Assembly: GCF_009914755.1 (NCBI RefSeq)
Contig: NC_060943.1
Reading direction: 5' to 3' (one strand)
Length of the DNA stretch: 64,000 nucleotides
Source of the DNA: the human T2T-CHM13v2.0 reference genome, Homo sapiens
The position numbers and the translations under genes were made by a program. The notes under the pieces are model-generated. The model was not told the DNA's origin. It was given only the letters and a program-made list of their open reading frames with translations, and ran no database searches. Below, one piece after another: positions 1-19,693 of this stretch (positions are counted from its first letter, which is position 1; the number at the start of each line of letters is the position of its first letter).

Positions 1-96
1 TTTTGGGAGAATTCTAGCTTTCCCAGTAAGCTGATGCCTGCATCAGACCTCAAACAAAAGTAATTCCTAATAGACTAATGATTTGTATGTTTTTAA

Positions 97-582
<486 letters not shown>

Positions 583-1513
583 TAGGCTGGAGTGCAGTGG
601 TGCAATCTCGGCTCACTGCAACCTCTGCCTCCTGAGTTCAAACGATTCTCATGCCTCACCCGCCTGAGTCGCTGGGATTACAGGCATGCACCGCCAGGCC
701 TGGCTGATGATTGTATTTTTAGTAGAGATGGATTTTGCCATGTTGGCCAGGCTGTCTTGAACTGGCCTCAAGTGATTCTCTTGCCTGAGCTTCCCAAAGT
801 GCTGAGATTACAAGCATGAGCCACTGCATCTGGCCTAAAAAGAATTTTTTGTATGCTAAAATAGATACCATAAATTTAAAAAGAGAATAAACTATGTATT
901 GAGAAAAATATTTGTTACACAAATGACAGACGAGATTAACATTGATAAACTATCATGAACGCCTATAAAGTGCCAAAAAAGAAAAAAATATTAATTAGAC
1001 AAAACACAGAAAACAAAACCTCAAATAACCAGTAAGAATATGTAAAGATCCTGAAATCACAAGTAGCTAGGGAATACAAATTACACAAAATGTTACTTTT
1101 ACCCAAAATACTGGCAAAATACAAAGGATAATACCCAATGCTGGAAAGAATAGGGACTATTATTCTCACTTTGGAAAGTAATTTGGTAATACCTAAGAGA
1201 ATCAAAAATACACTTATCCTTCAACTTGTGCAGTCCCACTGGAGGGGCTCTGACCTATAGAAATGAAGGCACTAATTCTGGGTGTCCGGGGGTGTTTACT
1301 ACAGTATTGTTTATGTTGTGTTTGGAAATAGAGAAGAGTGTGGGAGGTGAATGCTAGGATTTTACACTGAAAGAGGTGCAGATGAGGGGGAAGAAGTAGG
1401 CTGGAGCAAATTGAAAGTGATGTCTGCTATAATTAGTTAAGAGAAAATATGAATGTAAGGTTCAATGTATGAAGTTTTTTTTTTTCTTTTTCTTTTTTTT
1501 TTTTTTTTTTTGA

Positions 1514-1648
<135 letters not shown>

Positions 1649-2040
1649 TAATTGTTGTATTTTTAGTAGAGACAGGGTTTCACCGCGTTGGTCAGGCTGG
1701 TCTTGAACTCCTGACCTTGTGGTCTGCCCACTTCAGCCTCTCAAAGTGCTGGAATTACAGGCGTGAGCTACTGAGCCCAGCCACAAGGTATGAAGTTTTT
1801 CTAGACATGTAAAAGTGAGCATGCACTTGGGCAAAAACGAGAGTCATCCAAAAATGAAAACATAAGATTTAATTTCAGGATGGGAGTCTATGTCATCTTC
1901 TATTTGAATTTTCTGTTATTTCCTGAGTTCCAACTTTTTTCCACTCCAGATAATTCATACTATAATATTTCCATAAACCTGGCTCACAGAATAAAAGTTT
2001 GAAAAATAAGTTTATTTCAATAATCATTAGAAAAATTATA

Positions 2041-2390
<350 letters not shown>

Positions 2391-2640
2391 TTAATCATCT
2401 AATAAGAAAGCAAACAAAAGATAAACTGTATAAGCATGCCAACAATAATCTTTATTTCTGCCATGTTTTACCCTTTAATATTCAGAAGAAAAGTCATACA
2501 GGAGGAAAATTTTATAACTATAGTAAATATAGACAACTTGAACAACACTAGATCTCTACTGGCCAAAAGGAAAAAACAAAAAACAACCCCCAGTATATCC
2601 CTAAATGTACACCAGAGAATCTTAAAAGATAAAATAATTT

Positions 2641-2938
<298 letters not shown>

Positions 2939-3884
2939 TTCATGTGATTATAATAAATTTGAGAAAAACTTCTTTTATAGCTCTTGCCTTTCTCAAAGGG
3001 GGAGGACTCATCCTGGAGAGAAACCCCATGGATGTATTCAACATGGTAAATCTTTTTGATGGAGCTCTCACCTAGTTGCACATCACAACTTATACCAGAT
3101 AGAAAATTTATGAATGTAATCAATGTGGAAAGTTTTTCAGCCTGGTGCTCCCACCTTGTTAGACGTATACTGAAGACTCTGGGAACATCGGGAACGTCAG
3201 AGAGCTTTCAGCAGGAGATCTCATCTAATTGGGCAATAGAAAACTCATACTGAAGAAAAACAATTCCATGTAATCAATGTGAGAAATATTTCAGTGACAT
3301 CCTTGATTTTAATTGGCATCAGGGAAAGTGTAATAGAGAGAAGCCTTATGAATGTAGTCAAGGTAGGAAATCTTTCTATACAGCTCTGGCCTTGTTGCAC
3401 ATAAAATAACTCATACTGGAAAGAAGCTTCGTGACTGTAATCAGTGTTGGAAATGGTTCAGTTAGAGTTCTCACTTGTTGCTCATCAGATAAATCATACC
3501 GGTGAGAAACTGCGAGTGTCCTGAGTGTAGGAAATCAGCTGGAGCTGATTACTTATATGGCATCAGAGATTTCACATTAGAGAGAAACCTCATGAATGTC
3601 ACTGGTGTGGAAAATCCCGCAGCAAGAATTCTCACCTTATTGAACAGCAAATAACTCATTCTGGAGAGAAGCCTATAAATGTAGTCAACGTGGAAAAACT
3701 TTCAGACAGAATTATTATTGTGTATGCACCAAAAAATTCATATGGGCAAAAGCCAACATGAATGTCTAAATGTGAAAAAGCCTTCAGGAGACTATCTGAC
3801 CTTATGGAACACCAGATCATTCATAATAGAGAGAAACTGTATGCATATAATCAGTGCAGAAAGGCCTTTCAGGCAGCATTCTAA

Positions 3885-4544
<660 letters not shown>

Positions 4545-4761
4545 AATGAACTTTTTAAATTGAGACAGGGTTTCACTCTGTCATCCAGGCTGGAGTATAG
4601 TGGCAAGATCATCACTCCCTGCAGCCTCAACCTCTTGGTCTCAAGTGATCTTCCAACCTCAGCCTCCCAAAGTTCTGGGGTTACAGGTGTGAGGCATTGT
4701 GCCCAGCCATAACTTTTAAAAGATTTTCTTCCCTTTTATTTAGACATCAAGGTAAAAGTAA

Positions 4762-4965
<204 letters not shown>

Positions 4966-6151
4966 TGACCTTGCACTCATGACCTCAGGTGATTCACCTG
5001 TCTCAGCCTCCCAAAGTGCTGGAATTACAGGCATAAGCCACTGTGCCCAGCCAAAGGTAACATTTTTAATGTAACAATATATGGTCATTCTTTGCTCTTA
5101 TGACACAATCCTACAAAAGGCGATCACTAAGCTTAAGCACTAAGCCTAAAACTGAATAATATAAACACTGATGTAGGGAAAGTTGTTCCTCAGACGACTC
5201 CATTATTGATACAGACATGGAAACAGTAAACAGAAATGTAACATCAAAGTTCTTATTTACTTGAACTTTTTTTTTTTTTGAGACGGAGTCTCCCTCTGTT
5301 GCCCAGGCTAGAGTGCAGTGGCGTGATCTTGGCTCACTGCAAGCTCCGCCTCCTGGGTTCAGGGCCATTCTCCTGCCTCAGCCTCCCAAGGAGCTGGGAC
5401 TACAGGCTCCCGCCACCACGCCCGGCTAATTTTTTGTATTTTTTGTAGAGACGGGGTTTCACCATGTTAACCAGGATGGTCTCGATCTCCTGACTTCGTG
5501 ATCGGCCTGCCTCAGCCTCCCAAAGTGCTGGGATTACAGGCGTGAGCCACCACTCCTGGCCTGAAATTTTCTATAATAAAAACAAACAAGATCATTTATT
5601 ATCTCATAATGAAAAGTCCCTGAGGTGAGCATAGGCAATGTTGATTCAGTGGCACAAAGAGGATTCATTCCATCATGGATACTGGTTCTTTCCATTTTTC
5701 TGCTGTGCCATTCTCAGCATGTTGCCTTTACCTCCTGGGGTGGCTTCCTCATGGTGCCAGTGTGCTTGTAATTGTCCTACACATCACATACAGACATCAC
5801 GGTCCAGGGGCAAAAGAAGACACATTGCTATCTTATGTCCACTTTTAAGACTGAGGGAACCGGCCGGGAGCGGTGGCTCATGCCTGTAATGCCAGCACTT
5901 TGGGAGGCCGAGGCGGGTGGATCATGAGGTCAGGAGATCGAGACCATCCTGGCTAACAGGGAGAAACACCGTCTCTACTAAAAAAGAAAAATTACAAAAA
6001 ATTAGCCGGGCGTGGTGGCGGGCGCCTGTAGTCCCAGCTACTCGGGAGGCTGAGGCAGGAGAAAGGCGTGAACCCGGAAGGCGGAGAGTGCCGTGGGCCT
6101 AGATCGTACCACTGCACTCCAGCCTGGTGGACAGAGCGAGACTCCGTCTCA

Positions 6152-6186
<35 letters not shown>

Positions 6187-7329
6187 CTGAGGGAACCTTC
6201 CCAGGAAACCCCTAGCAGCCTTATTTCTCCTTGGCCAGAATATCCTTGCCTAATTCACACAGCAAGAAGCTTGAGTCCATTCTGATTAGCTTAGAATCCA
6301 TCAAGATCCTCCCTTAGGGAGTTAGATTCTAGATTTCCCGGAAGAATCTAAAAATTGCAGGGTCGTGCTAGCCAGGTATGAAAATAAGCAAGTAAAAAGA
6401 TGATGACTGTTGGGTAAAGCTATCGACAAGGTCAGCTACAAAACAGTCAAGCCAAGGAAGGCTAGTCACAGATGCACCCCAGACACAAAAGCACAGTCCA
6501 GGAGCTGAGGGTGCCTGAGCCACAGTGGTTCCCGCCTACCTGGCCTTCGTAGGAAAGTTTCCTGTGGTCTCCCTCATTGAAGAGCCAGGACGGGTCAGGC
6601 GGTGGTGGGTCTCAGACATTGAGCCCCACAACGCACTGAGACTGAACATCAGACCATTTATAATAACAGAACTCTGTCCCACAACTTCTGCAGCAATAGG
6701 TACAAAACAGAACTTGGTCACTGCCAGCCTCCCTATTTTTTTCCCTGTCCCACTTAGGAGCTACCACAGAAAGCCAAATAGGCTCGACTGAGCGATCACC
6801 TAGGACGAATCGCCTCCAGTTAGCGTGCTTCCACCTTCCACTCGGAATGCTCCAAGCAGGGCACTCCCGGGGCTTTGTTTCTATCACTAGGACGCGTCCC
6901 CACGCCCAGGCTGTCCCTGAGTCCCTGCCACAGGCGCAGATGTTGGCGGGCGCCCTTGCCCCTGAGCTCCCGGTTAACGGCCTTGGACTGTTCTCATGGC
7001 TCAGTCTTGGTCTCTCTCCCCAGCAGGGCAAGGCGCCGGGAAGGCACCCGAGATGACAGCGCCGAGCCCCATAGGCGCTAGTCCCGCCCTGGACGCCGAC
7101 CGCCGCCTCCACAGTCTCGGCTTCGGTTGCTGGATGAGAACCAGCGTGGCCCGTTTAAGGGGGAGGGGACAGGCGCTGCAAGGAGCAGAGCCGCGGGAAG
7201 CAACTCCCTAAGCCACAATGCTAGTCGCGAACACAGGAAAAAGCTCATCCCGCCGCCGCGGGGCCCCATGCTCCCGCCGGCAATGACTATGCCTGTGGGA
7301 GCAACGGCTACCGGCGCGCGGCCTTCTGG

Positions 7330-7402
7330 GAGTTGTTTGTTGCGCGGAGCGCGGGCACGTCCGCCGGCCACCGGAAGCACCGCCATTGGCCGGTGCGTGC
7401 AG
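7330..7402 (+). other. ZNF544: Probable non-coding first exon of ZNF544 (5' end uncertain)
   Basis: Consensus donor GCAG|GTGAGT just downstream of the ETS/YY1 initiator-region motifs. The TSS cannot be fixed from sequence alone. Confidence 0.6.
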
Positions 7403-7722
7403 GTGAGTCTGGCGGCCTCAAGGTTGGCTCGGAGGTTTCACTGTTAGCCGGGTGCGGCCGGAGCGCAGGACCAGGCCAGAGCCGCCCCAAGTGATCTGGG
7501 CGTGCCGGAGAAACGAGCAGGGCCTGCGGGGGTCCCTCATGCGGCGAGGCCGAGCAAGGGCAGGGGCCTGATGGGATCGGGATCTCTCCGGCCTCAGGGA
7601 CGGGGAAGGCCGGTCCAGTCAGGTTTCCCCTGCAGGAGCGCCCGGCTGGGTCTGAGCTTGTCGGGAGGCTCTCCTGCTGCAGAGCTGGGAGGGAACTTAT
7701 AGTACCTCGCAGGTACGGGCAG

Positions 7723-7779
7723 GGGTGGAACTGGGTGGGACTGGGTGGGACTGGGTGGGACTGGGTGGGACTGGGTGGG
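7723..7779 (+). repeat. 10-bp G-rich tandem repeat (CTGGGTGGGA)x~5.5, G-quadruplex prone
   Basis: Directly visible; about 11 GGG runs with 1- and 3-nt loops. Confidence 0.95.
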
Positions 7780-7923
7780 CCCTCCCGACAGAGGGTGCCT
7801 GGGTCGAGGGCTGCAGGGGCGGGGGATTCAGGCTGGCGTCTGGAGCTCTGGGGCTGCCGACCCAGCGGGCCTCTCCCGGCTCCTTTTTCCTCCCTCAACT
7901 CATCTTCTGCGGCTTATCCACAG

Positions 7924-8026
7924 GTGGCAGCCAAGAGCCTCCTGGCACAGCGGCACCAGGCAGGTGACGCCTATTGGACCCCAGAGGTCATCCCAGCTCC
8001 AGACGTGGACACATTTTCTTCCAATG
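7924..8026 (+). other. ZNF544: Candidate 5'UTR exon
   Basis: Pyrimidine-rich acceptor ...cttatccacag| and donor AATG|GTACGT. Inferred from splice signals only. Confidence 0.5.
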
Positions 8027-8849
8027 GTACGTGAAGCTTGAACCTTGCAGAGAACATGTGTATTTTCCAAGTGAACAGAAGATTAAGGCCAGTCCACGCA
8101 GGGCAGGGGTAACTGGGGTGTTGGGGGCCTGCACTGGTTAAGCGATGCTGGTGCACCCCATAGAGAGACTACAGAGGTGAACAGGATGGGATGTGTATGT
8201 AACGCCTGTAAGTTAGGGATCGGGGTTCCATTTGTGTTGGGTGATATTTGATGGGGACCGTACAAGGCAGTGCTAATGAGGAAGGCATGGGGTTGGATTT
8301 CAAGAGTCTAAGGGAGTAGGGAAACATCTGATTGTGGAAATGACTCCGTGTAAGGAGGGATGCCAAAAGACAGGAAGGAGTGGAGGAAGACTGTGTTTCT
8401 GTTTCCAGCGTGGAGCCAGGGTAGAAGTCACAGTGCAAGGAAGATGTGGTATGCCTGGTCAGTCTCTGCATGGGAGTTGAGGAGCATGTGGGTGACATGG
8501 CTGAATGTGGAGGAGGGAATGGCAGTGGCAGGAAGCCCAGGAGGTTTGGGCTGGACACGTAACCTGGAGCAGATTGGAAACGTCACCCCACAAGCAGGGA
8601 AGGAGAAAACTGGAAAAGGAAAGAGAAAGCAACTCCCTCCCCAGCCCTGCAGCCAGAGGGACTTCTGCCAGATCAGCCACCATACAGGTCCAGTATGAGG
8701 AACAGATGGGGAATTTTATGTCCAAGTATAATCACTATGAATACATGTGTTGTGCCCCTTTTGCAGGTTAACACAATGTTAAGCTCTGTAAATGCAACTC
8801 AATTAATTCTTTTAGCATCCTCACAAGGCAGGTCTTGCTGTTTTTCCAG

Positions 8850-8918
8850 ATGTCTACGGATGAGGAAACTGAGGCCTGGAGAGGTTAAAGAGACCCGTTC
8901 AGAGTCCTACAGTGGCAG
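8850..8918 (+). other. ZNF544: Candidate MIR-derived 5'UTR exon
   Basis: Acceptor tgtttttccag| and donor GCAG|GTAATG; contains the MIR core 'gatgaggaaactgaggc...gaggttaa'. Confidence 0.5.
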
Positions 8919-10973
8919 GTAATGGAGCCAGTACTTTGACAGCAGGTTGCAAAGTGAGTGTTCTCAGCCGTTGCCCTTGGATGCCTCCAGACAAGGAAGG
9001 ACAGGGTTAGAGAGCAAAGATGGACACAGGCAGTGAGAGATTCCCCAGGGAAGGCCAGGAGCATCAGGACAAGATAGTAACACATAAGATATTGGGCAGA
9101 CCTCTTGGATGTGGTCTACATTTGTGTTTGTGTGTGTGTTTGGGAGTGAGAGAGCAGAGCAGGATGGGCAAGATGAGGAGGGGGAAACTGAGAGTGTTGG
9201 TCACTCTGTTCAGGCCTCACCTGAGAGGAGAAGAGGCAGGGGGTGGGGCACTGGGATATGGATTCATCTTGACCAGGGAGAAGACATCTCAGCTCAGAAT
9301 TTGAAGGGAGCTACTAATGAGTGCAGGCCTGCAGGAGTTTGTGTGCCAGGAGGTTGAAAGAGTCCAGAGTCATCCCTTGGAGTGAATTAAAAGGCCGATT
9401 TGTCTGCACAGAGAGGACAGTGGTGGGAGGGGACTGAAGTAGGGTGTGAGAGCATGAGCTCGCAGCTGTAAGGGGATAGTGACTGAGTGGATACTGGTGT
9501 TCCTGAACTCCTATACCACCCAGAACTCAGAAACTAGCAGGGTTGGGCAGAGAGGGCAGTCAAGGGCATAGGCAGATTGCACAGAACAAACAGATCAGAG
9601 AGGCCAAGAGGTGGGCCTCAGGCCAAGGATGTTAAGAAAAAGAACAGGGGCATTGGGCTGGGCTGGGGTGGGGTGTACCAGACGGGGAGGCTGGGAGCCT
9701 GAGTGGTAGTGTGCTTAGGGCCATGAGCTATGGAGCTCCCACCTTCTCACTCCCCAGCCACGAGGCCTCAGTTAAATTTTACTCAAGTTCTTTCTGCCTT
9801 GGTTTCCTCATTTAGAAAGCAGGGTAAATTCTGTTAATTGTCTTTGTGGGGTTACAAGGAAGATCAAATGCATGAATTCAGGCAGAGGACAGGGTACAGT
9901 GCCTGGCCTGTAGGAAGTACAGCCTGAGTGGTCAGTGGATTTTGAAAGGTAGGAAGGCCTGGGGCATTTGCTAGGGAAGGAAGCTGAGATCATAGGCCCC
10001 GGTGTGTTTTAATTCATGTCTTTATTATTTATTTTTTTATAAATGGGGTCTCACATGTTGCCCAGGCTTGTCTCGAACTTCTAGCCTCAAGAGAGCCTCC
10101 TGCCTTGGCCTCACAAAGTGCTGGGATTATATGTCTTTAATACAGAGCAGCTTTGTACATTTTTCAGCCATGTAGTTTATTTTATTGTGAACTATCTGTT
10201 TGTGACTGTCACCTCTCTTTTTCGTAGGTCTCTATTTTCATTAAAGAAGCTTAAATATTTTGTCAAGTTCAAAAAATAGTCCTGGTGTGTTTTTTGTTTT
10301 GTTTTGTTTTTTTCTTGAGACAAGGTCTTGCTCTGTCACCTAGGCTGGAATGGTGGCATGACCTCGGCTCACTGCAGTCTCCGCCTCCTGGGTTCAAGCG
10401 ATTCTTGTGCCTCAGCCTCCCAAGTTACTGGGATTACAGATGTGTGCCGCCACGCCCAGCTAATTTTTTTTTTTTTTAGTATAGACAGGGTTTCTCCATG
10501 TTGTCCAGGCTGGTCTTGAACTTGAAAACTAATACAAAATATAATATGTAATGCCAGAAATAAGACTAGTTCTCACAGTAAATGTGATGGGTAGAACTCT
10601 GTTTTAGTAGACACTTTGAAATTGAACTGAAAATAAAAAGTTAAAGATACGCTCTACTTAGAAGAGTCAGATGATCCAGGCTTTGACAAACAGGTGGTGG
10701 GATGAGCATAGATCCATCAGTGAAAACAAATAAGGAAATGGGTGGCAAGATAATATCAGATAAAGTAGACCTTTAGTGCAACAGCATTAAGACAATTTTA
10801 TCTTTTTTTTTTTTTTTTTTTTTTTGAGACAGGGTCTCACTCTGTCACCCAGACTGGAGTGCAGTGATGCCATCACAGCTCACTGCAGCCTTGACCTCCC
10901 GGCTCAAGTGATCCTCCCACCTCAGCCTTCTCAGTAGCTGGGACTACAAGTGTACACCACTACACCCAGCTAA

Positions 10974-11754
<781 letters not shown>

Positions 11755-13498
11755 GCCTCCAAAAGTGCTGGGATTACAGGCATGATTACAGGATTAAGGC
11801 CTGGCCTTATCACCTCTTTAGTGATAAAAGGCTATAGGAACAAGATACATTAATCTTGAATGTTTATGGACCAGACACCATAGCATAGATATAAAGCAAA
11901 AATTGTGTACTTAAAGGAAATATGAGAAGGACTATATGAGAAACTTCAACACATGTCTTAGAATTTGATCAGGAAGACAAAATAGAGTATAATAAATTAT
12001 TTTAAGTATGGTGTCAAGGTAGGTTATAGATTTATCTACACACTTCTGTCTGTAATATATTCTGCCCACAGAAAATTTAAAGACCCAGATTTTCTTCTGT
12101 GTACACAAGGCCCCTCCTATATTAGATCTGTAAATCATTGAATTCCCTTGGTCCTGAGTCCTGTTCCCTCTCTGTAACTTGATTGTTCCTGTTTAGTTTA
12201 AGTGCTGCTGAGTCTCATGGACTTAAATATCTTTACTGTGGTGCCCCAGTATCTTCTCTGGGCTTCAGGCTGGCAAACGTAACTGCCTGTGTAACATTCC
12301 CACTTGGAAATTGTGTCCAGCCTTAACATGTCTTGATTCCCCTCCTCCTACTTGTTCACTCTGGGAAAAGATATAAACTTTCCCAAGTTCTTGAATCTAG
12401 AAAGAGATGTCATTATTTAGCCTCCACTCCCAATTCTATTGCATAACTGATTATACTTCCAATGTAAAGAATGAATCTGCCCACTTCTCTCCATTTTGCT
12501 GTCCCTTGAGTCCTGGCCTTTGGTGATAGCCACTTCTTCTCCTCATTCCACCTTTACTCCCCACAGTCCACTCTCCAGCCTGCCAACATCTACATAAGCC
12601 CAGCAATGCCTTCTCTCTCTCTGAGATAGAATCTAAACTTGTATGGGACTTTCTCTAGCTGTGGCCCTTGCCTTTCTCTATGCTCAGGTCACGGGATGGG
12701 CCAGGGTCGTTCCAGTCTCTGGGGTGAGGTTTCCAATCTGCCTCAGCTTCTGCCTGTGCATTGGGGTGCCTCCCTTCCCTTAACCTCATCTTGTGGGCCT
12801 AGAACTGTTGTCTTTCCTTGATCCCATGCTGACTGCACTTCATTGTTGTTGCCTGTTTGCTCATGTGGCCTCCCTGCTACCTGGGAAAAGGCCCCACAGG
12901 CCAGGGTTGTGCCCTTGCTGGGTCTGGGTCCCACTTACATCCCTGGCCTGGAGCCTGGCACTTGGAGTGAGCCCAGAGTTAATCATCGTTGATGGTGACA
13001 CTGCTGCTTTTCCTCTCTTACTGTGTTAGGATAGCTCAAGGAGCAGTTCTTCCCTTTGCCTGTGTACCTGCGTGCAGCATTCTGCGAGCTGTCTGGCAAT
13101 TCTGCTTTTGAATATTTAACCTAAACATACACATGCAGAAAGGGAGGCATGTATGAAAGCAAGAGTGGCCATTATAGGGCTGATGTGAGGGTGAAATTTG
13201 GAAAACTCCTAAATATTCAGAAACATTAAACTCTTTAAAGCTGGGACTATTAATAAACTACAGTCCATTCATCAAATTCAGCTATTACAGTGATTACAGC
13301 TATTACAAAAATTGTTTATTGGCATTGGGAGATACTTTACAATGCTAAGTTTCAAAAGAGTGTTTACATTATAATCACATTTTTCTAGAAATGCATTATG
13401 GTGATTAGTGAACATGTGTGTATTGACACAGGAAGATTTCTCTCTCTTTTTGTTGTTTTTTGTTTGTTTGTTTTAAGGAAGATTTCTCAAAGGACATG

Positions 13499-13882
13499 CA
13501 GTTACCAGTCCATAATAATGGGGATATGTTCCGAAATGTGTCGTTAGGTGACTTTGTTGTGTGAACATCATCAGTGTGCTTACACAGACCTACATGGTTA
13601 TAGTCTAATACACATACAAGTTATGTGGTACAGCCTCTTGCTGCTAGGCTGCAAAGCTACACAGCGTGTTATTGTAGTGAATACTATTGGCAACTATAAC
13701 ACAATGGTGAGAATTTGTATATGTAAATATATCTAAACATAGAAAAGGTACGGTAAAAATATGGTATAAAAGATAAAAAATGGCCCACCTGTATAGGGTA
13801 GCTCCATTGTAATCATATGGGACCACTATCATATCTGCGGTCTGTCACTGACCAGAACGTCATTATGGGGCACATGACGGTA
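13499..13882. mobile_element. Tigger3/GOLEM-family MITE (Tc1-mariner)
   Basis: Matches remembered consensus segments 'ctaaacatagaaaaggtacggtaaaaatatggtataaaagataaaaaatgg' and 'tatgggaccactatcatat...cgtcattatggggcacatgac'. Confidence 0.75.
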
Positions 13883-14182
13883 GGCACAAAATAGTAACAG
13901 TGGCTGTCTCTTAAGATGTTGGATTATTTATTATTGTTACTTTTAGCTATTTACATCTTTGACTTTTTATGCAATTAACCTAAAATGTGTGTGATTTATA
14001 CATCGTGGTGGCTATAGTTAATAATCTCTTATATGCTTGAAAATTGCTAAGAAAGTAAAATATTCCCACCACAAAAAAGTATGTGAATGCATATGTTAAT
14101 TACCTCAATTTAGCCATTCTATAGTGCATATGTATTTCTAAATATATTGTACATGACAAATATATACAGTTTGTATTTGTCA

Positions 14183-14539
<357 letters not shown>

Positions 14540-15165
14540 TCATGTCTGGGCATAGTGGCTCATGCCTGTAATCCCAGCACTTTGGGAGGCCAAGGCAGGT
14601 GGATTGCTTGAGCCCAAGAGTTTGAGACCAGCCTGGGCAACATGATGAAACCCCATCTCTATTTTGAAAACAGAAACAGCCAGGCACGGTGACTCACGCA
14701 ATGCTAGCACTTTGGGAGGCCGAGGCGGGCAGATCACCTGAGGTCGGGAGTTCAAGACCAGCCTAACCAACATGGAGAAACCCCGTCTCTGCTTAAAATA
14801 CAAAATTAGCCAGGGTGGTGGCGCATACCTGTAATCCCAGCTACTCGGAGGCTGAGGCAGGAGAATCGCTTGAACCCTGGAGGCGGAGGTTGCAGTGAGC
14901 CGAGATCGCTTGGCGCCATTGCACTCCAGCCTGGGCAACAAGAGTGAAACTGTGTCTCAAAAAAAAAAAAAAAGAAAGAAAACAGAAACAAACAAACAAA
15001 AAGCCATCATTTTGAGATATATACTTATAGGAAGCTGCAAAATAGTACAGAGTATCTTGTGTGCCCTTCACCCAGCTTTTCCAGAGAGTGACATCTTTCA
15101 CAAGCCAGACATTGACATCGATACATATTGTTACTTAGACTGTAGACCTTATTTAGCATTTTTAA

Positions 15166-15423
<258 letters not shown>

Positions 15424-16414
15424 TGACCTCAAGTGATCCACACGCCTCGGCCTTCCTAAGTGCTGGGATTACGGAAGTGAGCCACCACACCTGGCCTCAT
15501 TCTATGAAACTTTTTACCTTTTTTTTTTTTTTTTTCCCCACATAGGGTTTTACTCTGTCACCCAGGCTGGAGTGCAGCGGTGTGATCTTGGCTCACTGCA
15601 GCGTCTGTTCCCAGGCTCCAGCAATCTTCCCGCCTCAGCCTCCCAGGTAGCTGGGACTACAGGTGTGCGCCACCACACCTGGCTAATTTTTGTATTTTTT
15701 GTAGAGACGGGGTTTTGCCATGTTGCCTAGGCTTGTCTTGATCTCCTCGGCTCAAGCAGTCCGCCTGCCTCTGCTGCCCAGAGTTTACAGGTATGAGCCA
15801 CCACGCCTGGCCTCAAGCTTCTGTTCATCTTAAGCCAACAATTTTGTGGAAATTGGTTACAGGGGCCACAAGACACTGAGCCGCTCCAGGCCGGCAGCTT
15901 GCTGGTCCTGGCAGCCTCTGCGAGTGCTGTGGCTCTGATTTCATCTTGGGGCCTAGTGTTAGGCACAGCCTGGCCTGGAGGGCGGCTCACCTCACGGGCT
16001 GACGGAGCCAGACCCTTGCCCCGCCAGCGGTCCGAGGGGCCCTTACAGCTACAGGTAGGACCCTCACACCCACCTTCTTTTTGCTTTTTTTCCCCACTCA
16101 TCCATGGAGACTTCCAAGCTGCTTTTTATCTTCCCTGTCTTCCTCATATTTTCCTTTTGTGTCTTAAATGCTGTTGGAGTGCAGCAGACACCCCAGTGTG
16201 TGACCTGTGCCAGAAGCCTGGAGCTTTGTTGGCATGGCCAGTATTCGGCATGGAGGCAGGGCCTGGGGAGGCAGCAAGGTGCGGAGCCACCCGAGGATAG
16301 AGAAGCCTGAAAATGCGTCTGGAGGTGGGGTGTTGTGGGGCCGGGGAGCTGGAAGGTGTTCCATGAGACTGACAGACGTCACAAGGTCTGTGGGGAGTGT
16401 CTGGAGATTTTTAA

Positions 16415-16745
<331 letters not shown>

Positions 16746-17947
16746 TAAGGGCAGCGAAAAGCTGGCACTCCACAGGGTTCTGTGACACAGGCTTCATTCT
16801 GTGGTGTCCCTGCGGCTTCCTGGGAGAGAGGAGAAAAGTCAAAGGCAGGACCCCATCAAACCCACCGTGGTAACCCGCACAAGAAATAGTGGCTGAGCCA
16901 GGCATGGGGCAGGCTTGTGGAGCGGTGCATAGTGCCTGGAAGACGGGGACACAGGGTTTTGGCTGAATGTGAGGAGAGCACGCAGGAGGCGTCAGGAAGG
17001 ACTTCCCCTCTCACTGCTCAGTACACGTGTGAGCATCGATGTCACAGGCTTCCAGGCAGAGGAGTGCGTACGTGAGGGTCTGCTGTGCGCTCAGTACAGA
17101 GTGGGTGTGGGTTTCTGGCTCAGGAGCCTCCCGTTGTTGTCACTTCTCCTCCTCTGTCTCTGGTCCTCCCACCTCCCTCATTGTAGGGATCATTGTGGTG
17201 ACCCCAACAGTCTCCCCATCTAAAGATCCTCAACGTGGGTCTTTCCTTTCCATGTAGGGTCACATATTCACAGGTTGTAGGGATTAGGATATGGCCATCA
17301 TTCAACCCACTAAGTCACGGTAAAAAAAAAAAAAAAATTACAATGCCCTGATCAGCATGCAAAGGGACAGGCAGAACAGGGAGGGGACACAGGACACAGG
17401 TTTGGTGGCATCAGGGTGAGTTTCTTCTCCTTGTGCAGGGGAGGCAAGAGTGTTCAGCATTTGCTGTTAGTGTGTCCTGACTGGCCTCTGAGTTCTCCTT
17501 CGTGTTCAGGAAGAGAAGGTGGTGAAAATAAACAGGGCTGGGTGCTCTGTGGCTGCAGGTTTTCTTCACATCTGCTGATGTGTGAGGTTGGCCTCAGGCT
17601 TAAGAGTCCTGTGCCTGACACAGGCTTGCCCGCAAGGTTCTTCCTCCCTGTAAAGCCATTTCTCAGCTCAGCACAGTCAGCATTTGGGGCCAGATCATCC
17701 TCTAGGGCTGCCCCATGAGCTGTAGAATGTTTTACACCTTCCTGGCCTCTGCCCACCAGATTGCAGCCAGTAGCTGTCCCCTTCTACACCTCTTCCCCCC
17801 TCCACTCCCACCAAACTCTGGAAACTGTCTTCAAACATGGCCAAATGTTCCCGGAAAGCAAAACTGCCCCCAGTTGAGGACCTCTGCTGTGAAGAAATGG
17901 CCCACTTTTCTTGAAATTCCTGAAGGCCTGTTTCTTTAAGTAAGCCT

Positions 17948-19693
<1,746 letters not shown>

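Larger units (their letters stand above)
6850..7920 (+). promoter_or_regulatory. ZNF544: CpG-island promoter of ZNF544
   Basis: CpG-rich, GC-rich stretch. ETS site CCGGAAG at 7371 adjoins YY1-like CGCCAT/ATTGG at 7381-7389. ZNF143-like TTCTGGGAGTTG at 7324. Strong donor CAG|GTGAGT at 7402/7403. Confidence 0.85.

Noticed and set aside
6525-8041. Many overlapping GC-rich ORFs at the ZNF544 promoter (likewise 56831-58270 at ZNF8)
   Set aside because: Stop-codon scarcity in CpG islands; no recognisable domains beyond the ZNF8 first exon.
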